A stretch of DNA of 64,000 nucleotides from Candidatus Zambryskiibacteriota bacterium (GCA_048499675.1 JASNZL010000007.1:2401-66400); one strand, 5' to 3'. Positions 19,569 through 30,176 are shown, counted from the first letter of the stretch. Numbers and translations: made by a program. Notes: a model not told the origin generated them from the sequence alone.

Positions 19569-19868
19569 TTCTGCTTGCCCATCCGCAGCTTACTTTGACC
19601 TTCCATAGCCTTGTGCGGAGTGGGTAGCGAAGGTGGGGCGGCTACCTACTTCCCTTACAGGGACTGTCCACTCATTGGACTTTTTGTTCGCTCTACTCAC
19701 AAAAATCCTCAATGAGTCTTGCGCTTGGGGCCCCTTACCCCAAACTCACCCCTTTACGAGTGAGAAGCGAATACTTGGAGTATTTCAGAGCCGGAGCACG
19801 ACGGTGCGAGGCAGGGTCGCGCAAATTTTTAGCAAAAAATTATGCGTGACCGGGTATGACTTCAACAA
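19569..19868 (-). ncRNA. GC-rich structured element downstream of the 5S gene, a degenerate 5S-like duplicate with insertions, bounded by 24-bp direct repeats
   Basis: The 24-mer CTTTAGATTAAAAACTTAGTTCTG occurs at 19545-19568 and 19869-19892. The element carries 5S 3'-end fragments (CTCGTAAAGGGG … GGGAAGTAGGTAGCCGCC) interrupted by ~100-nt and ~60-nt GC-rich inserts. It is ~50% GC in a 30% GC background and lies inside the rRNA transcript, upstream of the operon terminator. Confidence 0.35.
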
Positions 19869-19896
19869 AATAAAACTTTAGATTAAAAACTTAGTT

Positions 19897-20002
19897 CTGG
19901 CGGCTACCTACTTTCCCCTTTACGAGTATCATCGGCACTATAGAGCTTAACTTCCGTGTTCGGAATGAGAACGGGTGTGGCCTCTATGTTAAACCACCAA
20001 AA
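19897..20002 (-). rRNA. rrf: 5S ribosomal RNA
   Basis: Minus-strand read …CCACACCCGTTCTCATTCCGAACACGGAAGTTAAGC…GTAGGTAGCCGCCAG. Confidence 0.8.
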
Positions 20003-20081
20003 CCAAGTTTTCAAATTAAATTAATTCCTTGAATACGGAGGCAATCGGTATGATTGCCACAAATTAACGGGCCAAAAGAAC

Positions 20082-20155
20082 TGGTAGGGCGTGTGGGATA
20101 TGAACCCACATCCTCTCCCTTATAGGGAGATGTCTTGCTCTTAGACCACCGCCCC
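20082..20155 (-). tRNA. tRNA-like element in the 23S-5S spacer with an encoded CCA and a non-canonical anticodon loop (CUAUAAG)
   Basis: The minus strand folds as GGGGCGG-TG-GTCT-AAGAGCA-AGAC-A-TCTCC-CTATAAG-GGAGA-GGAT-GTGGG-TTCATAT-CCCAC-ACGCCCT-A-CCA. All four arms form, but the implied anticodon AUA is not a known species. Confidence 0.4.
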
Positions 20156-20481
20156 ACAAAAGCGGAAAATTTCCGCATTCAAAGAATTAATTGTATTGTA
20201 GTCTTATAAGACAGGATAAAAAGTGGCTAATCCCGCAAAGCGGGATGCCTAAAATACTTTAGGCTTCTGAATTTCCTAACAGGATCGGAAAATTAGTACG
20301 CCTCGGCTCAACACATTACTATGCTTACACCTAGCGCCTATCAACGTGATCATCTCTCACGATCCTTAACGATTCCTAATCTTGGGGAGGGCTTCCCTCT
20401 TAGATGCTTTCAGAGGTTATCCTTTCCCGACTTAGCTACCCTGCGCTGCATTTGGCAACACAGCAGGTACACCAGAGGTCA

Positions 20482-20512
<31 letters not shown>

Positions 20513-20582
20513 ATCCCCTCAAGAATCAACGCCTGCAGTAGATAGGAGACCAACCTGTCTCACGCTTGTTACCACACATTAC

Positions 20583-21554
20583 TGTGTGCAATGGACTATA
20601 GCTTTTGCAAGTTTAAAGCTTGAAAGGCGCAAGTTTGAAAGTTTGGAAATTCCTAACTTTTTAACTTGTTAACTTTTTACTTTATAACTCACTTGTTGAC
20701 ATTTAGTCTCTACGGGTGTTTGTAAATTGTGTGGAAGGTCTCATTAAAAATGAGACGCGAAGAACATGGGGAGGGCCCTCCTTATAACCCTCCACACAAT
20801 TCACAAACTTCCCTCGGTATTCTCCTTTTTGCTTTTTACTCTAAGCTCTTAGCTTCAAGCTCTAAGCTCTTCAGGAATCTACCGATATAAGTCAACTTAT
20901 CCGTAATTTTTAATTTTGAATTTTCAATTTTAAATTTATTACGGCCGCCGTGATTTGATTGCTCTGCCCCGTGATTTGCGTAGCAAATTTTACGGGGATT
21001 CTACTATACTTTAATTACAAACTCTTGAGAATTTATAATTTTCCAAACGAAAAAATTTATAACAGTTCCGACAATTTTGTCGGGATTCCGACTTGTAAGT
21101 CGGAATTTAAATTACCTCTGAGGATTCAGATTGTACAAAGGATAAGCACGAAATTCTAAATCCGAAACTCGAAACAAATTCAAAATTTTAAAATTCAAAA
21201 ATTTTAAACGTTTCGGATTTCGATATTCGGATTTCGGATTTTCATCTGTACGGTCTGACGTGTCTACTCCACTATTACTAGTGGTACTGACTATACCTTT
21301 TCTCAAATTTTCCACTTTGAGAACTGACGTGTTAGCAAGCCAATTGGCTCGCTCTGCCGACATTTGTCGACAAGTCGATACGGGGATTACAATTTTTCAA
21401 AATTAGTATTGGAAATCACAAATTGCAATCTTCCCACGATATTATCCATTACTTAAATTATAACATCTAAGCATTCGGACTACACCGTTATGAGTCAGTT
21501 TACTATTCTTTTTATTTTATTCTCGATGTGAATTGGCTGGGCTCAAGAATCCTT
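20583..21554 (-). mobile_element. ORF-less intron-like insertion in the 23S (between GCTGGGT and AACAAGCGTGAGACAG; E. coli ~2593 region)
   Basis: The exon sequence is interrupted by ~970 nt. The insert contains an internal AT-rich repeat with hairpin flanks (21150-21250) and no credible ORF. Confidence 0.5.
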
Positions 21555-21572
21555 ACCCAGCTCGCGTATCTT

Positions 21573-21605
<33 letters not shown>

Positions 21606-21638
21606 TCTCCAGCCCCGGGATAAGATGAGCCGACATCG

Positions 21639-22467
21639 CTGTCGTATTGCCCCAATTACTTGAGGGGTCGGACTATATCTTCACCCTTATTTTATATAAA
21701 ATAAGGGGTTCGGCGTATTAGCATGAAGTCTAGCTTCACACTCCAACCACTTAAGGTTAAGTCTCTACGGGGTCATAACCCAATTTATATTTCATGGACG
21801 GAATAATATTATTTTCTATAATTCCAAATAATTTCGAAATACTAGATGTCTTAAATCTAATTCTGTAATACTCTTTATCTTTATTTAGAGTCCCCTCTAA
21901 ACCAAATTCTTTTAGAGACCGCAATAATTTCTCTTGGTCACTTTTTGAAAATTGTTGAGTATTCAGATACACATTATTTTTTCCACATCTACTTCCGTCA
22001 TCCATAAACCATACTGCCAATATTATTGGATCTAATTTTAGATCAGGAATACATTTTTTCTTATTCCTATAAAACAAATCCATCATTTTGGTAAATTCAG
22101 GATGTTGTTTGGTAAAGAATCTATATGCAATCCGCGCACCATTTCCTTTTCGAGATTTTGGTCCACTTCTTGATAAATTTTTTAAGATTGAGAATTTCCA
22201 TTCAACATACTCTTTTTGAGTTATTGAATGATTAACTTCCAAAAATGCATTTTTTCTTCCTTTTACTCGACGAATATATCCGTCTCCTAAAAGAGTTCCG
22301 ATAATAAATGACTTCTGTAATTGAGTTAGACTTCCCTCGGTATTGTCCATATTACTAATTATATCATTTGATATAACGCCTGTTTATGGAGTCCACCGAT
22401 ATAAGCCAAATTTTTTTATATGAGATTACTCTCATAGGCACCCCGATGTGTTGTAACAACAAGTTAA
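21639..22467 (-). mobile_element. Group I-like intron in 23S domain V (after …GGCACC; E. coli ~2449 site) encoding a LAGLIDADG homing endonuclease
   Basis: The exon resumes at CGATGTCGGCTCATC. The insert contains a 594-nt ORF. Confidence 0.65.
21757..22350 (-). CDS. LAGLIDADG homing endonuclease (two-motif type)
   Basis: LLGDGYI and WFMDDGS motifs; located inside the 23S intron. Confidence 0.8.
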   Translation of the reverse strand: MDNTEGSLTQLQKSFIIGTLLGDGYIRRVKGRKNAFLEVNHSITQKEYVEWKFSILKNLSRSGPKSRKGNGARIAYRFFTKQHPEFTKMMDLFYRNKKKCIPDLKLDPIILAVWFMDDGSRCGKNNVYLNTQQFSKSDQEKLLRSLKEFGLEGTLNKDKEYYRIRFKTSSISKLFGIIENNIIPSMKYKLGYDPVET

Positions 22468-23017
22468 GGTGCCGAACTCCGCCGTCGCTCTGGACGCTTA
22501 GGCGGAACCAGCCTGTTATCCCCGGAGTAGCTTTTGTCCGATAATCTTTTGCCGCGTCTAACGCGAACAATCGGTTCACTTAGCTCTGCTTTCGCATCTG
22601 CTCCTCATGTACGAGTTGCAGTTAAGCCAGCTTGTGCCTATACACTATCGCCATGGTTTCCATTCACGGCTAGCTGACCTTAATAGGCTCCTCCGTTACT
22701 CTTTGGGAGGATAGCGCCCCACTAAAACTGCCCACCAGACACTGTTTCTTTACGTTTTTGCCGTAGAGATTAGAAAATATATCAATACAGAGTGGTATTT
22801 CACTGACGACTCCATGCTCCCCAAAAGGAACACTTCAAAGTCTCCCACCTATGCTACGCAGTAAAAACATATCCTCAATGCCAAGTTGCAGTAAAGCTTC
22901 CGGGGTCTTTTCGTCTAACTGCAGGTAACCGGCATCTTCACCGGTATTGTATTTTCACCGAGCGAGTCCCCGAGACAGTTCCCCAGTCGTTACACCATTC
23001 GTGCGCGTCTGAACTTC

Positions 23018-23373
23018 ATGTCTCGTTTTTTGTTTGCGTTATCAATCGCAAACTTACGATTTCTCTTATTTCTAAGAGCATAGACTATATCTTCATCTTA
23101 AGAGAACCTATAAATTTTATCTTAAGAGTCGGCGTGTTATAACAATGTTTTCTCAAATTTAATTGAGGCATTTGCTATCCGTTCATTTCTGAACAAGTCG
23201 TTACGGGTTCACGATTTGTCCAAATTAATATTTGGTCACAAATCGCAATTCCCACGGTATTATCTTTCCTTCAACATTCTTATCCTTGAATAAGAACTCC
23301 AGTTAAGACTTCACCGTTATTAGCCGAATTTTTTCATCGAGATTACTCTCGAAGCTGGCAATTCAATTACCAG
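23018..23373 (-). mobile_element. ORF-less intron-like insertion in 23S domain IV (after GGTAGCGAAATTCCTTGTC; E. coli ~1931 site)
   Basis: The exon resumes at AAGTTCAGACGCGCACGAATGG. The insert is ~356 nt. Confidence 0.5.
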
Positions 23374-23399
23374 ACAAGGAATTTCGCTACCTTAGGACG

Positions 23400-24148
23400 A
23401 TTCATTTCTTTTTATTACTCAGTTAGTAGCTACTGAGAGCCTCATTGTCGCCAATGAGATCGGACTATATCTTCCCAAAATGATTTCTCGCTTTAGGTCT
23501 AGCGTATAGTCTCTGAGGATTTTCTGATAAGGAATTTTTATAATCTTTTAAATTATACTTCCTTGTTCTTCCTTTTCCTTCGTTCAATTTCTCTCGAAGT
23601 TCTACAACCTTTAACATTCCGTCATTACTTAAATGTTCTTTTTTGAAAACCATTTTTGCAATTTGGGAGAAGATTGAGAAATTTTTCTTCTTATTTGAAG
23701 AAAGAAAAGAATATTTTTCAAAGAAAGGTATTATCCTTTCTTCAATAGCGACAGGATTCTCTACTACGTAGTAGCAAACCCCGTCTTTTCGTTCTTGCAA
23801 TCTTCCACATCCTAAATGATGTTTCATTAACGCAAGAACAGTTTTGTCGCGTTGAGCAACATTTAAAGTCAGTACCACTTGCCATCCAAGAGAATGATCT
23901 TCTCTTTTTCTTAGTGAGACATTGAAGCTTCCTTCTCCGTCCACAAAGCCAGCAATATAGTTTCCTATATTTTGAGGAATTGACTTAAGCCACGAAATAT
24001 CTTTCATTTTTAATTCGTTGCTTATCAGAATCTTTCCTGCGGATTGTCTGCACCGCTACATTTTTACTGCCATTTCGATTTATGACGAGTAGTAGACGGA
24101 TACTCAGAGTTTCCCGCATTTAGCTAGATTTTATAACTACAATTATCC
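23400..24148 (-). mobile_element. Intron-like insertion in the 23S (after GGCGATAACTATAA; E. coli ~1917 region) encoding a LAGLIDADG endonuclease
   Basis: The exon resumes at CGTCCTAAGGTAGCG. The insert contains a 543-nt ORF. Confidence 0.55.
23465..24007 (-). CDS. LAGLIDADG homing endonuclease (single-motif type)
   Basis: YIAGFVDGEGSF motif; located inside the 23S insertion. Confidence 0.75.
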   Translation of the reverse strand: MKDISWLKSIPQNIGNYIAGFVDGEGSFNVSLRKREDHSLGWQVVLTLNVAQRDKTVLALMKHHLGCGRLQERKDGVCYYVVENPVAIEERIIPFFEKYSFLSSNKKKNFSIFSQIAKMVFKKEHLSNDGMLKVVELREKLNEGKGRTRKYNLKDYKNSLSENPQRLYARPKARNHFGKI

Positions 24149-24389
24149 TTATAGTTATCGCCGACATTCACCAGGGCTTACAACAGTCAGCATACATCAT
24201 GCTGAGTACGAGAATTTTCAATTTGAAAATTCATACGCAGTATGATGTACACCGCCATTGTTTAACCTTCTGGCATTGGTCAGGTGTCACCCCCTATACA
24301 TCCTCTTACGAGTTCGCAGGGAGCTGTGTTTTTGATAAACAGTCGCCAGGGATTCTTTAGCTGCGGCCCAACCGCACCTCGCTACGCTC

Positions 24390-24520
24390 GGGCGGAATTC
24401 TCAATTTTTAATTTTTAATTTTCATTCAATTTTCAATGTATTAATTTCAAGTTTTTAACATTGTAAATTAGAAATTATTTGAAAATTTTAAATTGTAAAT
24501 TTTAAATTCCGTGCCGAATG
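24390..24520 (-). repeat. AT-rich intervening sequence (IVS) in the 23S, family member with similar termini
   Basis: Flanked by CCTCGCTACGCTCGGGCGG and CCGTGCCGAATGCAATGAGGCACGG, with an interior of AATTTTCAATTTT-type repeats. Confidence 0.6.
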
Positions 24521-25089
24521 CAATGAGGCACGGTCGGGCAGGCCTTATACCGAAGGTACGGCCGCTTTTTTGCCGAGTTCCTTGGGGACCTCTCACTCGT
24601 TCGCCTTGGTCTTCTCGACCTGACTACCTGTGTCGGTTTACGGTACGGTCTATTTATGCTTAACCTTAGAAGATTTTCTTGGAAGCGTGCTTTACAAACT
24701 CTTATCTGCCGAGGCTTCAAATTGTCATACTGCTTGAGGTGCAATTAAATGCAGTCTTGCGGATTTACCTACAAGACACCCTTACAGCACAAACGCAAAT
24801 CCAATAATGCGCTTTGTATACTACACTCCGTCTCTCCATCGAACATAAACAGGTGCAGGAATATTAACCTGCTGTCCATCGGGTCCGACTTTCGTCATAC
24901 CCTTAGGCCCGACTAACCCTTCCCTGATTGTCATCGGAAAGGAAACCTTAGTCTTTCGGCGCGCGCAGTTTTCATGCGCGTTGTGGTTACTTGTGCCAAC
25001 ATTCTTACTTCGTAACGCTCCAGCATGGGTCACCCCTTTGCCTTCACAGCGGATACGAATACTCTCCTACCGCGCCAGCCACACTACGC

Positions 25090-25250
25090 TACGCTCCGTG
25101 CGCTGGAATTTTCAATTTAAAATTTTCAATTTTCAATCAATTTTCAATGTCTTAATTTTGAAATTTAGAAATTAAGAATTTAATCATTGTTTAGAAATTA
25201 GAAATTAAAAATTAGAAATTCCGCACGAAATGCAATGTAGTGCGGCCGAC
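25090..25250 (-). repeat. AT-rich IVS in the 23S, family member
   Basis: Flanked by CACTACGCTACGCTCCGTGCGCTGG and CCGCACGAAATGCAATGTAGTGCGG. Confidence 0.6.
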
Positions 25251-25318
25251 ACCCTCAGTTTCGGTACATAGCTTAGCCCCGATTATCTTCGGCGCAGAAT
25301 CTCTGAATGAGTGAGCTG

Positions 25319-25361
<43 letters not shown>

Positions 25362-25940
25362 CATTGTCGGAGAAATTTCACCACCTTAAGTGCACTTAGC
25401 TATGATTTAGGGACCTTAAATTGAGATCATGGGCTGTTTCCCTTTTGACGAACGGAGCTTAGCCCCCGCCGTCTAACTGCCACGCTTTCACCCACACACT
25501 AAGTTTTCGATAGTTTTCAACGCGCTTTGCGCAATCAAAAACTTAGTGTGCGGGTTAACTATTGGTATTCGGAGTTTGATAGGTCTAGCGAGATTTCTCC
25601 CTGTCCAGACCTTCCAGTGCTCTACCCCCAATAGGAACGCGTGACGCGAACCCAAAAGCTCTTTCGGAGAGAACCAGCTATTACCAGGTTCGATTAGCTT
25701 TTCACTCCTTACCACAGGTCATCCGAAGGAATCGCACGACCAACCGGTTCGGGCCTCCATCTCGCTTTCGCGAGACTTCACCCTGCCCATGGCAAGCTCA
25801 CCTGGCTTCGGGTCTAATGTATACGACATAAAATTTCGCGCTATTCACGCTCGCTTTCACTATGCCTAACGCGGGTCGACCGCTTCGGCTGCCACATACA
25901 TTAACTCGTTGGCTCATTCTTCAATAGGCACGCCATGACC

Positions 25941-26111
25941 GTCACACCTCGCTACACTCGGTGACGGAATTTTCAATTTAAAATTTAAAATTTAAAAATA
26001 ATTTTCAATATCCCAATTCTCAATTAAGAAAATGGAAATTTAATCATTATTTAGAAATTAGAAATTAAAAATTAGAAATTCCGTTGCAACGAATGCACTG
26101 AGGTGCAACGG
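25941..26111 (-). repeat. AT-rich IVS in the 23S, family member
   Basis: Flanked by GTCACACCTCGCTACACTCGGTGAC and CCGTTGCAACGAATGCACTGAGGTGCAACGG. Confidence 0.6.
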
Positions 26112-26166
26112 CTCTGACTCCTTGTAAGCATATGGTTTCAGGTCTATTTCACCGCCCTCACCGGGC

Positions 26167-26208
<42 letters not shown>

Positions 26209-26646
26209 TAGAAATATATTTAGCCTTACCGGTTAGTTCCGGCAGATTCCCCCGAGCTATTCGTGTCTCGAGGTACTCAAGAACAACAGCAAAAAAGATT
26301 ATTTGTTTTCGACTACGGGGCTATTACCCTCTGGGGCGCTTCTTTCCAGAAGCTTCTTCTAACAAATAATTTTGTAACTTTTCTCGTATAAATACGACGC
26401 TATCGTCTTACAACCCCCGCACACTCACTTTGTCATCGTTGCATTGTGTTTTTATAAAATTTCATTGCACATCCGATTAGCTACCGAATCTTAAATTTCG
26501 TTTACTATCAAAGATGCAACAAAACACAATGACAAAGTGAGTGTGCGGGTTTGGGCTTCTCCGCTTTCGCTCGCCGCTACTCACGGAATACTTTTTAGTT
26601 TCTTTTCCTCCTGGTACTGAAATGTTTTACTTCCCAGGGTAAGCTC

Positions 26647-26805
26647 CGTGCCTCACTACCGCTCGTCACAAAATTTTCAATTTTTAATTTTGTAATTTTC
26701 ATTGAATGTTCCAATTTTAGAATTTTCAAATTGAGACATTGAAAATTTATTGGAAACTGAAAATTGATACTTGAAAATTAGTGCTGAACGAAAGTGAAGC
26801 ACGGT
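26647..26805 (-). repeat. AT-rich IVS in the 23S 5' domain, family member
   Basis: Flanked by CCGTGCCTCACTACCGCTCGTCAC and GTGCTGAACGAAAGTGAAGCACGG. Confidence 0.55.
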
Positions 26806-27523
26806 CCTCGCAAAGCGAGGGGGTTTCCCCATTCGGAAATTTCCGGATCAAAGGTTGCTAGGCACCTCCCCGAAACTTATCGCAGCCACGCCACGTCCTT
26901 CATCGCTATTTCTAGCCAAGGCATCCACCATATGCTCTTAAATTTCCTATTAGGAAATTCAAAAACCACTTGTCCGATCATTTTAATTTAAAATGATTTA
27001 GGACTTAATTATCCTGTCTTACAAGACTACAATCATCCTGCAAGACCTTTGTCTCCATATGCCGAGCTTTTTTCTCCAGCATACAGAAACTACAATATCC
27101 TGATACAAAAAATATATCAGGAAGTCCACTTCCAACAAACAAAGACCCCTTCGACTCGCTACGCTCGCTCAGGGTAAACCCTCAGCAAAAAGAAGCTCAT
27201 CAAAAAGCGATGTTGTAGTGGAATGTACCCAGTAGTAGATTTTGGCATTGAGCAAGCTCACACATACGCAAGCGTATGTTATGCCAAAATTCACTACTGG
27301 GTTTATTTGTCAAAATACAATCGTTCCGAATTTTGTCTTCTCTACCCTGTTCTTAATTTTAGCAAGCTAAAATTAAGAACAGGATTTTGAATCATTATCT
27401 TACTCAAAAAAGAACAAAAAAATCCACTTCTCTCGAAGCGGGCTCAAACCAAGCCAAAGGGTTTTTTCTACCCTCTTTTTCGCTTCGTAGTTAAAAATCT
27501 CAATAACATAATTTGTGCTATCT

Positions 27524-27552
27524 AGTATACACATATAAAAAAAGCTGTCAAC
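27524..27552 (-). promoter_or_regulatory. rRNA operon promoter (TTGACA-N16/17-TATACT), ~570 nt upstream of the 23S with no 16S gene between
   Basis: Minus-strand read TTGACAGCTTTTTTTATATGTGTATACT. The leader contains long hairpins (27291-27330, 27350-27390). Confidence 0.5.
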
Positions 27553-27702
27553 ACAAATAGGATAGTTCAAAAGTTAGAAAGTATAAAGTTCTTAAAGTAC
27601 AAAAACAAGTAAAATAAGGGGGGGTCGGAACACAACTAGAAAGATAAGAACTTAAACAAAAATAGCGCATTGGGCGCTATTTTTGTTTAAGTTTTTTAGG
27701 AT

Positions 27703-28389
27703 TTAGTTTCTATCTGACATATCTTTACTTACCCTATCAATAACTCTAGAAGCCGCTTCCTGCCCACCGAGACCGAAGGCAAGTCCGAGACCCAAAGAGA
27801 GTGCTACTACCAAACCAGTAAATATAGTCTGAATAAAACCAACTGCTATACCAAGTTGTGACAAAGCCACAAGCACAGCAAAAACCCAGATTACCCAACC
27901 TGTAACTGTAGCCAAAAAAGGAGCTGATGATATCCCTGCTGATTTAGCAGATGATAAAACAATTTTTTTCATAGCATCACCAACCAATCCAGCTGCAATC
28001 AAAATCAAAACTGCAACAATTACTTGAGGCAAATAAGCCAATATGTCCCTCAAGAACATAGTAACCTGAGAAAGATTCAAGACTTCAAATGCTCCAATTA
28101 AGAAGACTAAAATAATGAACCATCTAACAAGACCACCAAGGAAAGATCCAGAATTTAGAGTAATTCCTCCCTTACCAAGGAAGTCTTCTACCCCTGCTTT
28201 CTTGAGACCTTCATCCACCCTAAGTGATTTTATTATTTGAGCAACAACTCTACCAAATAGAGAGCCGATACCCCAACCCAAAAACACTATCAAAAGAGCT
28301 ATTACCAAATTAGGCAGGAAACTAACTACACCCAACCACAAATTTGTGAAAGAGAGAGCTAGCACTTCACCCCAATTTTCTATAGTCAT
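27703..28389 (-). CDS. Membrane protein with duplicated 'conserved TM helix' repeats (MscS N-terminal-like)
   Basis: Two ~40-aa repeats (…LPNLVIALLIVFLGWGIGSLFGRVVAQIIKSL… and …LPQVIVAVLILIAAGLVGDAMKKIV…). Confidence 0.45.
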   Translation of the reverse strand: MTIENWGEVLALSFTNLWLGVVSFLPNLVIALLIVFLGWGIGSLFGRVVAQIIKSLRVDEGLKKAGVEDFLGKGGITLNSGSFLGGLVRWFIILVFLIGAFEVLNLSQVTMFLRDILAYLPQVIVAVLILIAAGLVGDAMKKIVLSSAKSAGISSAPFLATVTGWVIWVFAVLVALSQLGIAVGFIQTIFTGLVVALSLGLGLAFGLGGQEAASRVIDRVSKDMSDRN

Positions 28390-28625
28390 ATTTATTTAAA
28401 TTGGTTAATAATCTTATAATTACACAATAAATAATATACTATTTAAACCCTTTTTTCAACTATATTTGGGGATACCTAAAAAAGCTACTGAGGGTAGCTT
28501 TTGAATTTAAAATTTAAAATTATTAATTAAAAAATAAGACAAAATAAACTATTTATTTAAATTTATCCTCAATATCTAAATTGTCTGCACAAACAACCGA
28601 GCATAATTCCATCCTAATTTTCAAT

Positions 28626-29243
28626 TTATAACCCGAGTTTGTTTATTATTTTTTCGTGCGGGTAATCAAGAATATCCCTGATTAATTTATCAAAAACAGA
28701 GTTCCTGTAACTAAATTCAGATGTCTCAAACACAACATACCTTATCTCCTTCCCTATTTCAGATTCAATAGTTTTTATTATATTGTTTAAAGAATTCATT
28801 TTGAGATTATCGCCCACTACAAGCAAATCCGCTCTGGCCTCTTCATACTTTATAAATATTCCAGATATAACAAGTAATTGTATCTTGCCCGCTCTAGAAA
28901 TTTTCTCGATTATATCCTTGTGTTTGAAAGGATTAATATTTGAAAGGAATGATTCTATTGCTTCTAGATGCGGAAACTTGTGATCAAGCGTCCAGCCATT
29001 AACTCTTTTTTTGACTAGAACCATAGTTCTGTTCCTTTGTTGTCTGACTTCTTTGTTATAAGATTTTTGTCTTATAAAATTTATTTTTTCTAAATCCGAA
29101 ATTTCCTTCCTTGCTGAAGAGACCGATACCTTTGCTCTTTCTGCAGTTTGATACGCATCAAAAACCATTTCTGGATTCATTAGAAATAGTTTTATTATTT
29201 TTACTTTTGCGCTACTGCCGAATAGTTTTTCAAGTATGTCCAT
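28626..29243 (-). CDS. Hypothetical protein with an N-terminal winged-helix-like region
   Basis: 205-aa ORF with host-like composition; weak wHTH-like N-terminus. Confidence 0.3.
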   Translation of the reverse strand: MDILEKLFGSSAKVKIIKLFLMNPEMVFDAYQTAERAKVSVSSARKEISDLEKINFIRQKSYNKEVRQQRNRTMVLVKKRVNGWTLDHKFPHLEAIESFLSNINPFKHKDIIEKISRAGKIQLLVISGIFIKYEEARADLLVVGDNLKMNSLNNIIKTIESEIGKEIRYVVFETSEFSYRNSVFDKLIRDILDYPHEKIINKLGL

Positions 29244-29605
29244 GATACTCGCATTCTACCTTAATATTCACTTATTTCAAAAGGTTGATATTTATTTTGT
29301 TTTGTTTTGAAATATTCACTTCTACCCAATCAAAAAACTCCTTAGAGGAGTTTTTTGATTTTAACTCTAAGCTCCCCGCCTCGCCGGCAGGCAGGTTAGC
29401 TTCCAGCTCTAAGCTTATTTTAGTGTCACTTTGTCACAGATATTTTACTCGTCAGTCACTCAGAAATTTGTGCCTTCTTACAGAAGCTGTACACCTTTTC
29501 TGTTTTTATTTCGCAAGGCTCATAAAAACTATCAAAGGCCTTGCGAAGCTCCAAGTATTCGCTTCTCACCCCACCTCGCGCCGTCGCGCTCCGGTTCAAA
29601 GTCGC

Positions 29606-30061
29606 TTACTTAAGAGCAACTTTGCCTCCAGCTTCTTCAATTGCTTTCTTTAAGTTTTCAGCGTCTTCTTTTTTCATTCCTTCCGCGAGAACAACAGGAG
29701 CTCCGTCAACTTTATCTTTTGCGTCCTTCAAACCAAGAGCTAGGACTTCTTTTACAACCTTAATAACGGCAATCTTTTGTGCTCCCCCATCTGTTAGTTC
29801 AACTGTAAATGTTGATTTCTCTTCAGCGCCAGCTCCAACATCGGCAGATGCAGGTCCAGCCACAGCAACAGCGCTTGCACTTACTCCAAATCTATCTTCA
29901 AAAACCTTTACAAGTTCATGTAGGTCAAGTACTGACATTTTTTCTATTTCCTCAACAATTTTTGCAAATTTAGCAGGAACTTCTTTTTTAACTTCTTCTT
30001 TTTTTTCTTCTACCACAGGAGTTTCTGCAACTACTGCGTCATCTTTTTTTGTTTCGTCCAT
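29606..30061 (-). CDS. rplL: 50S ribosomal protein L7/L12
   Basis: C-terminal domain …KIAVIKVVKEVLALGLKDAKDKVDGAPVVLAEGMKKEDAENLKKAIEEAGGKVALK with an Ala-rich hinge. Downstream of rplJ. Confidence 0.85.
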   Translation of the reverse strand: MDETKKDDAVVAETPVVEEKKEEVKKEVPAKFAKIVEEIEKMSVLDLHELVKVFEDRFGVSASAVAVAGPASADVGAGAEEKSTFTVELTDGGAQKIAVIKVVKEVLALGLKDAKDKVDGAPVVLAEGMKKEDAENLKKAIEEAGGKVALK

Positions 30062-30176
30062 ATTTTTATAAATTTTTAATTTTGTAATTTTTAATTTTAA
30101 TCAATTTCCAATTTTTAAAATTTTCAAATTAAGACATTAAAAATTTAATGTAAAATTGAAAATTCTAAATTGAAAA

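Noticed and set aside
19633-19881. 82-aa ORF inside the 5S-like element, and the ORFs at 20321-20506, 21112-21363, 22364-22579, 24502-24744, 24821-25033, 25488-25715 and 26794-26991
   Set aside because: All lie within rRNA, intron or IVS sequence. They are GC-biased open frames in structural RNA, not genes.
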